The notes under the pieces: model-generated
Told to the model about the DNA's origin: nothing
What the model saw: only the letters and a program-made list of their open reading frames with translations
The model's database searches: none
Part shown: one piece after another, positions 20,571-29,942 of the stretch
Position numbering within the stretch: position 1 is the stretch's first letter
How the letters are laid out: each line of letters starts with the position of its first letter
Made by a program: the position numbers and the translations under genes
Assembly (NCBI GenBank): GCA_031581485.1
Contig: JAVLBA010000006.1
Location: forward strand, 1-62,196
Reading direction: 5' to 3'
Length of the DNA: 62,196 nucleotides
From: Desulfurivibrionaceae bacterium
GTDB lineage: Bacteria; Desulfobacterota; Desulfobulbia; Desulfobulbales; SURF-16

Positions 20571-21449
20571 ATGTTTTTACGACCAGAGCGCCGTGAGCGG
20601 CGACCCTTGCCGCTGATTCTCTCCTTTCTTGCTGCGCTGCTTCTGGGCTGTGGCCTGCTGCCGGGCCAGGCCCCTGCTGCTGGACCCATGCTGCCCCTGG
20701 TGTATGAGGAACATCTCGATGTTGACGGCTGGTTGATGAGTGAAAAGCTTGATGGGGTGCGCGGCTATTGGGACGGTCACCATTTGTGGACAAAAAACGG
20801 TCATCTCCTGGCCCCCTTGCCCGCCTTTATCCAAGGCCTGCCCTCCTTTGCCCTGGAGGGGGAGCTGTGGGGCGGCCGGGGCACTTTTGAGCAAACCCTC
20901 TCCATTGTCAAAAAAGAGCAGCCCCATGACGGCTGGTTGCAGCTCAAATTCGCCATTTTTGACGTGCCCCGGGAAGCCGGCGGCTTTACCCGCCGCCTCG
21001 AGAAGGCGTGCACCTGGTTTGCCTCCCATCCCTCTGACTATGCCTTTGTTATCCCCCAGACCATGGTCAGCAACAGGGACCATCTGCGTCAGGAGCTGCA
21101 GCGGATTGAAGAAGCAGGCGGCGAAGGGCTCATGGTCCGCCGGCCCGATGCCCCCTATGTGGCCGGCCGCAGTGCTGATATCCGCAAGGTCAAAAGCTTT
21201 CAGGATGCCGAGGCCAAGGTGGTGGGCCATCTGCCCGGCAAGGGCAGAAACAGCGGCCGGCTCGGTTCCCTCCTGGTGGAGCTTGCTGACGGCACCCGAT
21301 TTAAAATAGGCAGCGGCTTCACTGACCAGCAACGCCAGGCGCCGCCTGCCATGGGCGCCGTGGTTACCTTCAAGTTTTACGGAAAATATCGGTCTGGAAT
21401 TCCCAGATTCCCCTCCTTTCTGCGCCTCCGGACGGACCCTGATTTGTAA
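20571..21449 (+). CDS. Minimal ATP-dependent DNA ligase with signal peptide (Lig E type)
   Basis: SEKLDGVR adenylation motif, LEGELW, GEGLM, FKIGSG, PRFP; GGAGG RBS; hydrophobic leader ending APA. Confidence 0.92.
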   Translation: MFLRPERRERRPLPLILSFLAALLLGCGLLPGQAPAAGPMLPLVYEEHLDVDGWLMSEKLDGVRGYWDGHHLWTKNGHLLAPLPAFIQGLPSFALEGELWGGRGTFEQTLSIVKKEQPHDGWLQLKFAIFDVPREAGGFTRRLEKACTWFASHPSDYAFVIPQTMVSNRDHLRQELQRIEEAGGEGLMVRRPDAPYVAGRSADIRKVKSFQDAEAKVVGHLPGKGRNSGRLGSLLVELADGTRFKIGSGFTDQQRQAPPAMGAVVTFKFYGKYRSGIPRFPSFLRLRTDPDL

Positions 21450-21486
21450 GGGATGGGTCAGCCCCGGGGCATGAGGGGTGGCAAGA

Positions 21487-23124
21487 TTATCCCTGAAAAC
21501 CCTCGGCCGTGGGATAGCGCCGGCCGAAGCCAAAGGCCTTGCTGGTGACCTTGAGACCTAGGGCCGCCTGTTTGCGCTTGTGTTCGTTGCTTTTGATGCG
21601 GCGCACCACATCGCGCACCACCTCCTCGGCAAAGCCCAGCTCGACAATCTCGGCAAGGGATTTATGCTCCTCCAGGTAGGCGGCGAGGATGGGGTCGAGG
21701 ACCTCATAGGGAGGGAGGTCATCCTGATCCTTCTGATTGGGGGCCAGTTCCGCACTGGGTGGTTTGCTGAGGGTGGTGGCCGGGATGATCTCCTGCTCCC
21801 TGTTGACATAGCGGGAAAGTTCATAGACCAGCATCTTGGGCACATCCGAGATCACGGCCAGGCCGCCGCTCATATCGCCGTACAGGGTACAGTAGCCCAC
21901 GGCCAGTTCGCTCTTGTTGCCCGTGGTGAGCAACAGGGCCTGGTATTTGTTGGCCAGGGCCATGAGCAGCACCCCCCGGATGCGGGCCTGGATGTTCTGC
22001 TCCGTAACATCCTCTTGGTAGCCTGCAAAGAAAGGCGCCAGGCTCTGCTTGAAGCTGTCAAAGAGGGCATTGATGGGCAGAATCTCAAAGCGGATGCCCA
22101 GCTTCTCGGCAAGCCTTCTGGCGTCGGCAAGGGAGTCCGGCGAGGAGTAGGGCGAGGGCAGCGCCACGCCCAGGACGTTTTTCGGCCCCAGGGCCTGACA
22201 GGCCAGGACGCAGGTCAGGGCCGAATCAATACCGCCGCTGAGTCCCATCAGGACCTTGCTGAAGCCGCATTTTCTGACATAATCCCTGGTGCCCATCACC
22301 AGCGCCTCATGGAGGGCTGCCATCCTGTCGGCGGGCTGTTTGGTAACAGGAGTGAGGTGGTTGCTGTCCACCAGCAGCAGGTCCTGGTCAAAGGAGTCTG
22401 CCTGGCCGCAGAGTCTGCCCTGGCCGTCAAGGACAAGACTGGTGCCGTCAAAGAGAATGGAGTCCTGGCCCCCTACCTGGTTGCAGTAGAGAAGGGGGAC
22501 GCCATATTTGCGGCTGATGGCGGCAAAGAGCTGGTGGCGCTGATCCTGCTTGCCCATGGTAAAGGGCGAAGCCGCAATATTGATGAGCAGGTCAAGGTCA
22601 TGGCGGGCCTTGAGCTCGGCCACCGGATCCGTGGCATAGCGCTGTCTGGGAAAGGCATCAATATCATTGAAGAGATCCTCGCAGATGGTGAGGCCCAGGT
22701 TGAGGCCGTCCAGGCAGAAGAACTGGCTCGAGGTGCCGGGCTGGAAGTAGCGGCTCTCGTCAAAGACATCGTAGGTGGGCAGCAGCTTCTTGTGACTGGC
22801 GTGGAGGATCTCCCCGTCTCTGAAAAGCAGCGCTGTATTGTGAAGGGGCTTGCCCTGGTGTGCCTGGCTGGGGCTGATGATGCCGCAGAGAACGGCAATG
22901 CCCCTGATCTCTTTAATGAGGCCGTCCAGATGGGTGTTTTGCTCATGGAGAAAGGAGGCATGTTCCAGGTAGTCCAGGGGCGGGTAGCCGCAGAGGGCCA
23001 GTTCTGGAAAGATGGCGAGCTGGGCCCCCCTCTCTTTGGCCCGCAAGGCCTCTTTGCGGATGAGGGCGGCATTGCCGCAGAAGTCGCCGATTACGGGGTT
23101 TATCTGGAGAAGGGCTATTTTCAT
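21487..23124 (-). CDS. nadE: Glutamine-dependent NAD+ synthetase
   Basis: Nitrilase domain (FPEL, KKLLP, ICED) plus GLSGGIDS, NIQARIRG, TGNKSE, PSAEL. Confidence 0.98.
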   Translation of the reverse strand: MKIALLQINPVIGDFCGNAALIRKEALRAKERGAQLAIFPELALCGYPPLDYLEHASFLHEQNTHLDGLIKEIRGIAVLCGIISPSQAHQGKPLHNTALLFRDGEILHASHKKLLPTYDVFDESRYFQPGTSSQFFCLDGLNLGLTICEDLFNDIDAFPRQRYATDPVAELKARHDLDLLINIAASPFTMGKQDQRHQLFAAISRKYGVPLLYCNQVGGQDSILFDGTSLVLDGQGRLCGQADSFDQDLLLVDSNHLTPVTKQPADRMAALHEALVMGTRDYVRKCGFSKVLMGLSGGIDSALTCVLACQALGPKNVLGVALPSPYSSPDSLADARRLAEKLGIRFEILPINALFDSFKQSLAPFFAGYQEDVTEQNIQARIRGVLLMALANKYQALLLTTGNKSELAVGYCTLYGDMSGGLAVISDVPKMLVYELSRYVNREQEIIPATTLSKPPSAELAPNQKDQDDLPPYEVLDPILAAYLEEHKSLAEIVELGFAEEVVRDVVRRIKSNEHKRKQAALGLKVTSKAFGFGRRYPTAEGFQG

Positions 23125-23450
23125 GGCAGGTCTGTGGTCGAATTTGGCAGGAAGGGTGATCTCCTTATAAGGAGACCCAGGATTTTTTTATGGCCAGCGG
23201 CGCGGCAGAGGCTTCTTGGGGCAAAACGCCTCTTAGTCTTTTCTATGGTGTTTCTTCTCAATAAGGCCGGCGAGCCATTGGTGTTGATGTATAGCATCAT
23301 AATCACTGGGGGCAAACAATTTCCCTTTTTTCTTGCCAGGTTAAGGTCTTCCTGGTTAGTTTAAAAGTAAATTTTTTCCGATATAATCCCGGCCCGGCCT
23401 CAGCCTGCCGCAATTCTTTGTTTTTTCTTTTTCAGGATAGAGTACGCCCT

Positions 23451-24779
23451 ATGACCTCGGCCCCCAAATTTTTTATTCTGGACACCAATGTCCTTCTTCA
23501 CAATGCTGAGGCCTTGAAATCCTTTGCCGATAATATTGTGGTCCTGCCCATGACCGTTATTGAGGAGCTTGACAAGTTCAAGAGCCGTAGTGACGAGTTG
23601 GGGCGCAATGCCCGTCAGGTGGTCCGGGAGCTCGATCGTCTGCGGCTCAAAGGTCCTCTTTCTGCCGGGGTGGCCATGGAAAACGGCGGCAGGGTGATGA
23701 TAGTCCTTGAGCATGAGACCGCCAAACATCCCAGTCTCAATCTGGCGGTGCCGGACAACCGTATTCTGGCCGTGGCCTATACCCTTTTGTCCCAGCAGAA
23801 GAAGGTTGTTTTTGTCTCCAAGGATATTAATGCCCGTCTCAAGGCCGATGTTCTGGGCCTGGAGGTCCAGGACTTTGAAAAGCAGAAGGTTAATGTTGAT
23901 GAGCTTTTTGCCGGCTACCGGGAGATAGAGGTGCCGGGCAGCCTGCTTGCCGATATTTTTCAGAGCGAGGAGCTGCCTGTTGCGGGTTATGATTTCTATG
24001 CCAATGAGTTTGTCCTCTTGACAGACCAGGCTGACCCCAAGCACACTGCCCTGGCCCGGGCCGGTTCAGCCGACACCCTGGTCCGCCTCAATAAACAGTA
24101 TGACAGCGCCTGGCAGATTCACTCCCGCAGCAAAGAGCAGCGCATGGCCCTGGAGCTATTACTTGATCCCCGGATCAAGATCGTCACCCTGGTGGGGCAG
24201 GCCGGTACCGGCAAGACCCTGCTGGCCCTGGCTGCCGCTCTGGAGACCACCATCGCCCTGGAGGAGTATGAGAAGATTTTGGTGAGCAGGCCCATTATTC
24301 CCCTGGGCAAGGATCTGGGCTATATGCCCGGTGACAAGGACGACAAGCTCCGTCACTGGATGCAGCCTATCTTTGATAATCTCACCTATATTCTTGGTGA
24401 CCGAGGAGGTAAGGCCTCGGAAAAGGATGTGGAGACGGTCCGCAAAAAAGTGGAACAACTTCTCAAGGATCATATCATCGAAATGGAGGCCCTTACGTTT
24501 ATCCGGGGCCGCTCCATCCCCAATCAATATGTGATTATTGACGAGGCCCAGAACCTCACCCCCCATGAGGTGAAGACCATTATCAGCCGGGCCGGGGAGG
24601 GGACCAAGATGGTGCTCACCGGTGATCCCTACCAGATTGACAACCCCTATCTTGATTCTTCCAGTAACGGCCTGGCCTATACGGTGGAGAGGTTAAAGGG
24701 GTTGCCCATCCACGGCCATGTCACCCTGCGCAAGAGTGAGCGCAGCGAGCTGGCCGGGGTGGCGGCTGATTATTTATGA
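23451..24779 (+). CDS. PhoH-family protein with N-terminal PIN domain (PhoH2 type)
   Basis: LDTNVLL, EELD, DN.IL, SKDINAR; GQAGTGKT, RGRS, DEAQN, GDPYQID. Confidence 0.95.
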   Translation: MTSAPKFFILDTNVLLHNAEALKSFADNIVVLPMTVIEELDKFKSRSDELGRNARQVVRELDRLRLKGPLSAGVAMENGGRVMIVLEHETAKHPSLNLAVPDNRILAVAYTLLSQQKKVVFVSKDINARLKADVLGLEVQDFEKQKVNVDELFAGYREIEVPGSLLADIFQSEELPVAGYDFYANEFVLLTDQADPKHTALARAGSADTLVRLNKQYDSAWQIHSRSKEQRMALELLLDPRIKIVTLVGQAGTGKTLLALAAALETTIALEEYEKILVSRPIIPLGKDLGYMPGDKDDKLRHWMQPIFDNLTYILGDRGGKASEKDVETVRKKVEQLLKDHIIEMEALTFIRGRSIPNQYVIIDEAQNLTPHEVKTIISRAGEGTKMVLTGDPYQIDNPYLDSSSNGLAYTVERLKGLPIHGHVTLRKSERSELAGVAADYL

Positions 24780-24885
24780 GAAAATTTTTTGGTGTTGCCG
24801 GCGCCGCTGACAACGAGATTGGTTTTTGATAGGCGATAGCAGGTCCATGTCAAGGGCTGAAAATGACAAAAAATGGAGTAACATC

Positions 24886-25959
24886 TTGAAATTTGAACCG
24901 AAATGGATTGCCTGGGAGATCACCCGCCGCTGTAATCTGAAATGTGTCCATTGCCGCTCCTCATCCACCCTGGAGGTGGAGGGACATCCAGATTTTTCCT
25001 TTAGCGAGGCCATCCGCATTCTCGATGACATCACCTCCTACGCCAGCCCCGTGGTGGTGCTCTCCGGTGGCGAACCCCTGCTGCGGGAGGATGTGTTTGA
25101 TATCGCCTCCTACGGCACGGGCAAGGGGCTGCGGATGTGTCTGGCCACCAATGGCCTGCTGGTCAACCAGGAGATCTGCACCAAAATAAAGGAGAGCGGC
25201 ATCAAGATGGTTTCTCTTTCCCTGGACGGCTCCACGGCGGCCATTCATGATGATTTCCGCAATCAGCCCGGGGCCTTTGCCGGGGTGATGACTGCTGCCC
25301 GCCTTTTCAAGGAAAATGACATCCCTTTTCTGATCAACTCCTCCTTTACCAAGCGCAACAAGGACGAGGTGCCCAAGGTCTATGAGCTTGCCAAGGAGCT
25401 GGGGGCCAAGGCCTGGTACATGTTCATGATCGTTCCCACCGGCCGCGGCGAGGATATCATGGAGGAGCTGGTGCCCCAGGAGATGTATGATGAGCTGCTG
25501 GATTGGCATTATGAGATGGAGAAGAATGAAGATGAGCTCCTGGTGCGTCCCACCTGCGCCCCCAGCTATTACCGGGTCCTGCTCCAGAAGAAAAAGGAGA
25601 AGGGCGACGAGTTTGAGCGGCGCAGCCTCAAGTTTTCCACCGGCGGCGCCAAGGGCTGCCTGGCCGGCCAGGTCATCTGTCTCATTGACGTGGATGGCAA
25701 TGTCCTGCCCTGCAGCTATTTCCCCAAGGCGGCCGGCAATATCCGGGAGCAATCCTTCAAGGATATCTGGGAAAACTCCCCCCTGTTTCATGAAATGCGC
25801 GACTTCAAGGCCTATAAGGGCCGCTGCGGCGAATGTGAGTATGTCACGGTGTGCGGCGGCTGCCGGGCCCGGGCCTATGCCATGAGCGGTGATTATATGG
25901 CGGAAGAGCCCTTTTGTAATTATGTGCCGCGCACCTTCAATGCCGCCGATAAAGAATAA
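24886..25959 (+). CDS. ahbD: Radical SAM/SPASM protein, probable coproheme decarboxylase (heme b synthase)
   Basis: [30 protein letters not shown] cysteines; TTG start after GGAG; co-oriented with hemE/hemH. Confidence 0.8.
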   Translation: MKFEPKWIAWEITRRCNLKCVHCRSSSTLEVEGHPDFSFSEAIRILDDITSYASPVVVLSGGEPLLREDVFDIASYGTGKGLRMCLATNGLLVNQEICTKIKESGIKMVSLSLDGSTAAIHDDFRNQPGAFAGVMTAARLFKENDIPFLINSSFTKRNKDEVPKVYELAKELGAKAWYMFMIVPTGRGEDIMEELVPQEMYDELLDWHYEMEKNEDELLVRPTCAPSYYRVLLQKKKEKGDEFERRSLKFSTGGAKGCLAGQVICLIDVDGNVLPCSYFPKAAGNIREQSFKDIWENSPLFHEMRDFKAYKGRCGECEYVTVCGGCRARAYAMSGDYMAEEPFCNYVPRTFNAADKE

Positions 25960-26032
25960 CATCCTTTGCCAACGTGCCAAAAGTAACGGCCCCAGGGCGT
26001 AACCAATAAATCTGAAACCCGGTACCTACTTT

Positions 26033-27064
26033 ATGAACGATACCTTTTTGAAAGCCTGTCGAGGAGAAGCCGTTTCCCATACCCCCATCTGGATCATGCG
26101 CCAGGCCGGTCGTTATCTGCCTGACTATCACAAGGTCAGGAGCAAGATGTCTTTCCTGGAATTGTGCAAGACCCCGGAAAAGGCGGCTGAGGTTACCATG
26201 CAACCCGTGGATATCTTGGGGGTTGATGCCGCTATTCTCTTCTCCGATATCCTGGTGACCCTGGAGGCCATGGGCATGGACCTGGACTTCAAGGAGAAGC
26301 AGGGGCCGGTTCTGGCCAATCCGGTGCGTTGCCAGGCGGATCTTGACCGGCTTATTGTGCCCGATCCCGTGGAAAAGCTGGGCTATGTGATGGCTGCCAT
26401 CCAACTGCTGCGCAAAGAGCTGGCCACCCGGGTGCCCCTCATCGGCTTTTCCGGGGCGCCCTTTACCCTCTCCACCTATGCCATTGAGGGCGGTTCTTCC
26501 AAGGCCTTCTGGAACACCAAAAAGATGATGTACACCAACCCTGAGCTCTATCACGGGTTGATGCGCAAGATCACCGATTCCACCATCACCTATCTGCAGG
26601 CCCAGGCCGAGGCCGGCGCCCAGGCCCTGCAGATCTTTGATTCCTGGGCCGGTGTACTTACTCCCGGAGATTTTGCCGAGTTTGCCCTTCCCTATGTCCA
26701 GGATATCATCAAGGCCTTGAAGCCAGCTGGTGTGCCCCTTATCTATTTTGCCAATAATTGCGCTGGGCTGCTGGATTTGACCAAGACCTCGGGTGCCGAT
26801 GTCCTGGGCATTGATTGGCGGGTGGATATCCCCACTGCCATCAAGGTCTTTGGTCCGGATATCGCCATTCAGGGCAACCTGGACCCCATTGCTCTCCTCC
26901 TGCCCGAAGAGAAGCTCGAGAAACGGATAGCCGCTATCCTGGAAAGAGGCAAGGCGGCCAAGGGCCATATCTTCAATCTTGGCCACGGCATTTTGCCCGA
27001 AACCCCGCCGGAGAAGGCCAAATTTGTGGTGGATACCGTGCACCGGTTAAGTAAAAGAATGTAG
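26033..27064 (+). CDS. hemE: Uroporphyrinogen decarboxylase
   Basis: WIMRQAGRYLP, AILFSDIL, GAPFTL, QIFDSW, FNLGHG. Confidence 0.98.
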   Translation: MNDTFLKACRGEAVSHTPIWIMRQAGRYLPDYHKVRSKMSFLELCKTPEKAAEVTMQPVDILGVDAAILFSDILVTLEAMGMDLDFKEKQGPVLANPVRCQADLDRLIVPDPVEKLGYVMAAIQLLRKELATRVPLIGFSGAPFTLSTYAIEGGSSKAFWNTKKMMYTNPELYHGLMRKITDSTITYLQAQAEAGAQALQIFDSWAGVLTPGDFAEFALPYVQDIIKALKPAGVPLIYFANNCAGLLDLTKTSGADVLGIDWRVDIPTAIKVFGPDIAIQGNLDPIALLLPEEKLEKRIAAILERGKAAKGHIFNLGHGILPETPPEKAKFVVDTVHRLSKRM

Positions 27065-27146
27065 AGAAGGTAGAGGAGTTAGAGAAGGTAAAGAAGGTGT
27101 TCCATTCTATAACTCCTCTACCTTCTATAACTTCTCTAACTTCTTC
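27063..27146. repeat. 9-bp-periodic purine/pyrimidine inverted repeat
   Basis: AGAAGGTAGAGGAGTTA (27065-27081) perfectly inverted at 27110-27126, extended by further 9-mer units. Confidence 0.85.
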
Positions 27147-27167
27147 ATATTCGGTCGCGAAAAAAAA

Positions 27168-27746
27168 ATGATTCCTTCAATTTCCCAATGTCGTCAGCTC
27201 ATGGCCGACCATGCCATGCTTGACAATATCAAGGAGCACTCGGTGATGGTGGCCCGGGTGGCCACCATGCTCAGCAGCGAGCTTAACAGGGCCGGGGTCC
27301 CGATAGACGTTGAGCTGGCCCTGGCCGGGGCCCTGCTTCATGATATCGCCAAGACCATGTGCCTGGAGAGCGGCTGCAACCATGCCCGGGTGGGTGCGGA
27401 GATCTGTCTGGCCCATGGTTTTGCTGAAGTTGCCGATATTGTGGGCGAGCACGTGATGCTCCGGGATTTTTCGCCGGCCCGGCTGTCGGCCAAAGAGGTG
27501 GTCTCTTATGCCGATAAAAGGGTGAAGCATGACCAGATTGTCTCTTTGGGGGAACGGTTGGAGTATATCCTCGGGCGTTATGGGCAAGGTGATCCCCATC
27601 GCATTGCTCTGATTCGAGAAAATTTCGATAAATGGTGTCAGCTGGAAGAGCGGATCTTCAGCTTTCTTGCTTTTAAACCCGCCCAGGTCCCGGACCTGGT
27701 GAAGGAGTCAGGTGAGCTGAAAAATGACTATGCAGAAACCGGCTGA
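27168..27746 (+). CDS. HD-domain (HDIG-type) metalloprotein
   Basis: EHS..VA, LLHDIAK, NHARVG, EHV, YADKR. Confidence 0.9.
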   Translation: MIPSISQCRQLMADHAMLDNIKEHSVMVARVATMLSSELNRAGVPIDVELALAGALLHDIAKTMCLESGCNHARVGAEICLAHGFAEVADIVGEHVMLRDFSPARLSAKEVVSYADKRVKHDQIVSLGERLEYILGRYGQGDPHRIALIRENFDKWCQLEERIFSFLAFKPAQVPDLVKESGELKNDYAETG

Positions 27747-28707
27747 GTCCCAAATAGGTGTGGTCCTTCTCAATCTGGGGGGGCCGGAACATCTGGAGGA
27801 TGTGGAATCTTTTTTGTTCAACCTCTTTTCTGATCGCCAGATCATCCGCCTCTCCCCCCTTCCCTTTCTACAGAAACCCCTTGCCAGGTTTATTGCCAGG
27901 CGTCGGGCCCCAAAATCGTGCAAGGCCTACCAGCAAATCGGCGGTGGTTCACCCCTGCGTACGATTACGGCCCGGCAGGGGGAAGTCTTGGCGGAGCAGC
28001 TCGCCCCCCTGGGTAGCTTTCAGGTTGATATGGCCATGCGTTACTGGCATCCCGATGCCCGGCAGACCTTGACGGCGATGGGGAAAAAAGGGATTACCCG
28101 CATTGTTGCCCTCACCCTCTATCCCCATTATTCAAAGGCCACCACGGGTTCATCTATCGCTGACCTTGCCCGGGTGGCAGAGGAGCTGCCATACCCCTTT
28201 GAGATCGCTGCCGTTGAAGCATGGCCGGACCAGCCTGACTATATCGCTTCCCTGGTGCGCGGTGTGCACAGCGCCTTTGACCGTTGTCCAGGCACCCCCA
28301 CCCTGATCTATTCCGCCCACAGTCTGCCCATGAAGTTCATTGAAGAGGGGGATCCCTATCTCCACGACCTGGCTAAAACCATTGTCGAGGTGGAGGAGAA
28401 GACGGGTATCCGTGGCAAACTCTGCTTCCAGAGTCGCTCAGGGCCGGTTAAATGGCTGTCTCCCTCCACTCCGGATACTCTGCTTGAATTGGCGGCAAAG
28501 GGTGTGCAGGAGGTGGTGGTCATGCCCATCAGCTTTGTCTCCGATCATGTGGAGACCCTGTATGAGATAGATATCCAGTATGCCGAACTGGCCAGAGAGC
28601 TGGGCATGCGCCTGGTGCGCACCAGCTCCCTCAATGACGAGCCTCGCTTTATCAAGGGTCTGGCCAAGCTCGTTATTGCGGCCTGTCGTGGCAAGAAATG
28701 GCTCTGA
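27724..28707 (+). CDS. hemH: Ferrochelatase
   Basis: LLNLGGP, GGGSPL, MRYWHP, LYPHYS, SAHSLP, FQSRSG..WL.P, FVSDHVETLYEID. Confidence 0.97.
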   Translation: MTMQKPAESQIGVVLLNLGGPEHLEDVESFLFNLFSDRQIIRLSPLPFLQKPLARFIARRRAPKSCKAYQQIGGGSPLRTITARQGEVLAEQLAPLGSFQVDMAMRYWHPDARQTLTAMGKKGITRIVALTLYPHYSKATTGSSIADLARVAEELPYPFEIAAVEAWPDQPDYIASLVRGVHSAFDRCPGTPTLIYSAHSLPMKFIEEGDPYLHDLAKTIVEVEEKTGIRGKLCFQSRSGPVKWLSPSTPDTLLELAAKGVQEVVVMPISFVSDHVETLYEIDIQYAELARELGMRLVRTSSLNDEPRFIKGLAKLVIAACRGKKWL

Positions 28708-28768
28708 AAAGAGACAGAGGAGCCCTGCCGCCACGGCACTCTTTTCCTGAATCCTTAAATCCTAGAAT

Positions 28769-29878
28769 TCACACCGGCGCCTGATAACGGCGCATCCGGA
28801 CACTCATCAGAATGCCGATGCCCGCCATGGTGGTTATCAGCGACGAACCCCCATAGCTGAAGAGCGGCAGGGGCATCCCCACCACCGGCAACAGCCCCAT
28901 GACCATGGCCAGATTGATAAAGGCCTGCCAGAAGATAAGTGATACCACCCCCAGGCAGAGGAGGGTGCCGAACTTGTCTCTGGAGGAAAGCGCGATGTGG
29001 AGGCCCCAGAAGATCAGGAAGAAATAGACACCAAAAAAGAAGAGGGAGCCCAAAAAACCCCACTCCTCCGCCCAGATGGAAAAGGCGAAATCCGTATGTC
29101 GTTCCGGCAGGAAGTCGAGATTGCCCTGGGTTCCCTGCAGATAACCTTTGCCGAAGGTCAGGCCGCTGCCCACGGCAATCTTGGACTGGATAATGTGGTA
29201 CCCGCTGCCGAGGCTGTCTGAGCCGGGATTGAGAAAGGTCTCAATGCGTTGGCGTTGATAGGGCTTGAGCAGATATTGCCAGCCGATGCCGGCGGTGAGG
29301 AAGGCGGTGACGATCAAGGTGACCAGGGTGGACCAGCGTAATTTTACAAAAAGGGTCATGGAAACGAAGATAAAGGCAAGCATCAAGGCGGTTCCCAGGT
29401 CGGGCTGACTGACGATAAGGGCGAAGGGGAGGCCGGCCAGTGCCAGGGGAACAAAAAGCTCCTTGAGGGTGAAGCCCTTGCCGGTATCCTTGCGGAAATA
29501 ATAACTGGCCAGGGTGATGACCAGCATCAGTTTGGCCGGTTCAGAGGGCTGCAATTTGAAAAAACCGAGATTGATCCAGCGGCTGGTGCCGGCCAGACCA
29601 CTGCTGAAGAGGGAGGAAAAGAGCAGCAGGCAGATGACAACCCCGTACAGGGTGTAATTGAACTCGACCAGGATCCGGTAATCAACACTGATGATGAGGA
29701 GAATAAGGGCAAAACCCATGATGAAGAAGTAGAGCTGCTTGAGATAAACCGGGGTGCCGCGGAAGGTGTCGGGCGTCGCACTGTAGAGATTGGCCACACA
29801 CATGGCGCCAATGAGGGCCACCAGGCCGAGAAGGACCCAGTCGAAGTTTTGGAAAAGTCTGCGGTCGAATTGAAACAT
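28769..29878 (-). CDS. rodA: Rod shape-determining protein RodA
   Basis: QPSE, QPDLGT, PERHTDF, SYGGSS; last gene of the mre-mrd operon. Confidence 0.97.
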   Translation of the reverse strand: MFQFDRRLFQNFDWVLLGLVALIGAMCVANLYSATPDTFRGTPVYLKQLYFFIMGFALILLIISVDYRILVEFNYTLYGVVICLLLFSSLFSSGLAGTSRWINLGFFKLQPSEPAKLMLVITLASYYFRKDTGKGFTLKELFVPLALAGLPFALIVSQPDLGTALMLAFIFVSMTLFVKLRWSTLVTLIVTAFLTAGIGWQYLLKPYQRQRIETFLNPGSDSLGSGYHIIQSKIAVGSGLTFGKGYLQGTQGNLDFLPERHTDFAFSIWAEEWGFLGSLFFFGVYFFLIFWGLHIALSSRDKFGTLLCLGVVSLIFWQAFINLAMVMGLLPVVGMPLPLFSYGGSSLITTMAGIGILMSVRMRRYQAPV

Positions 29879-29942
29879 GTTTATTTAAGAAGTTGTGAAT
29901 TCAGGATTCAGGATTAAGAAGAGGGGCTGGTGATAGCAATTC

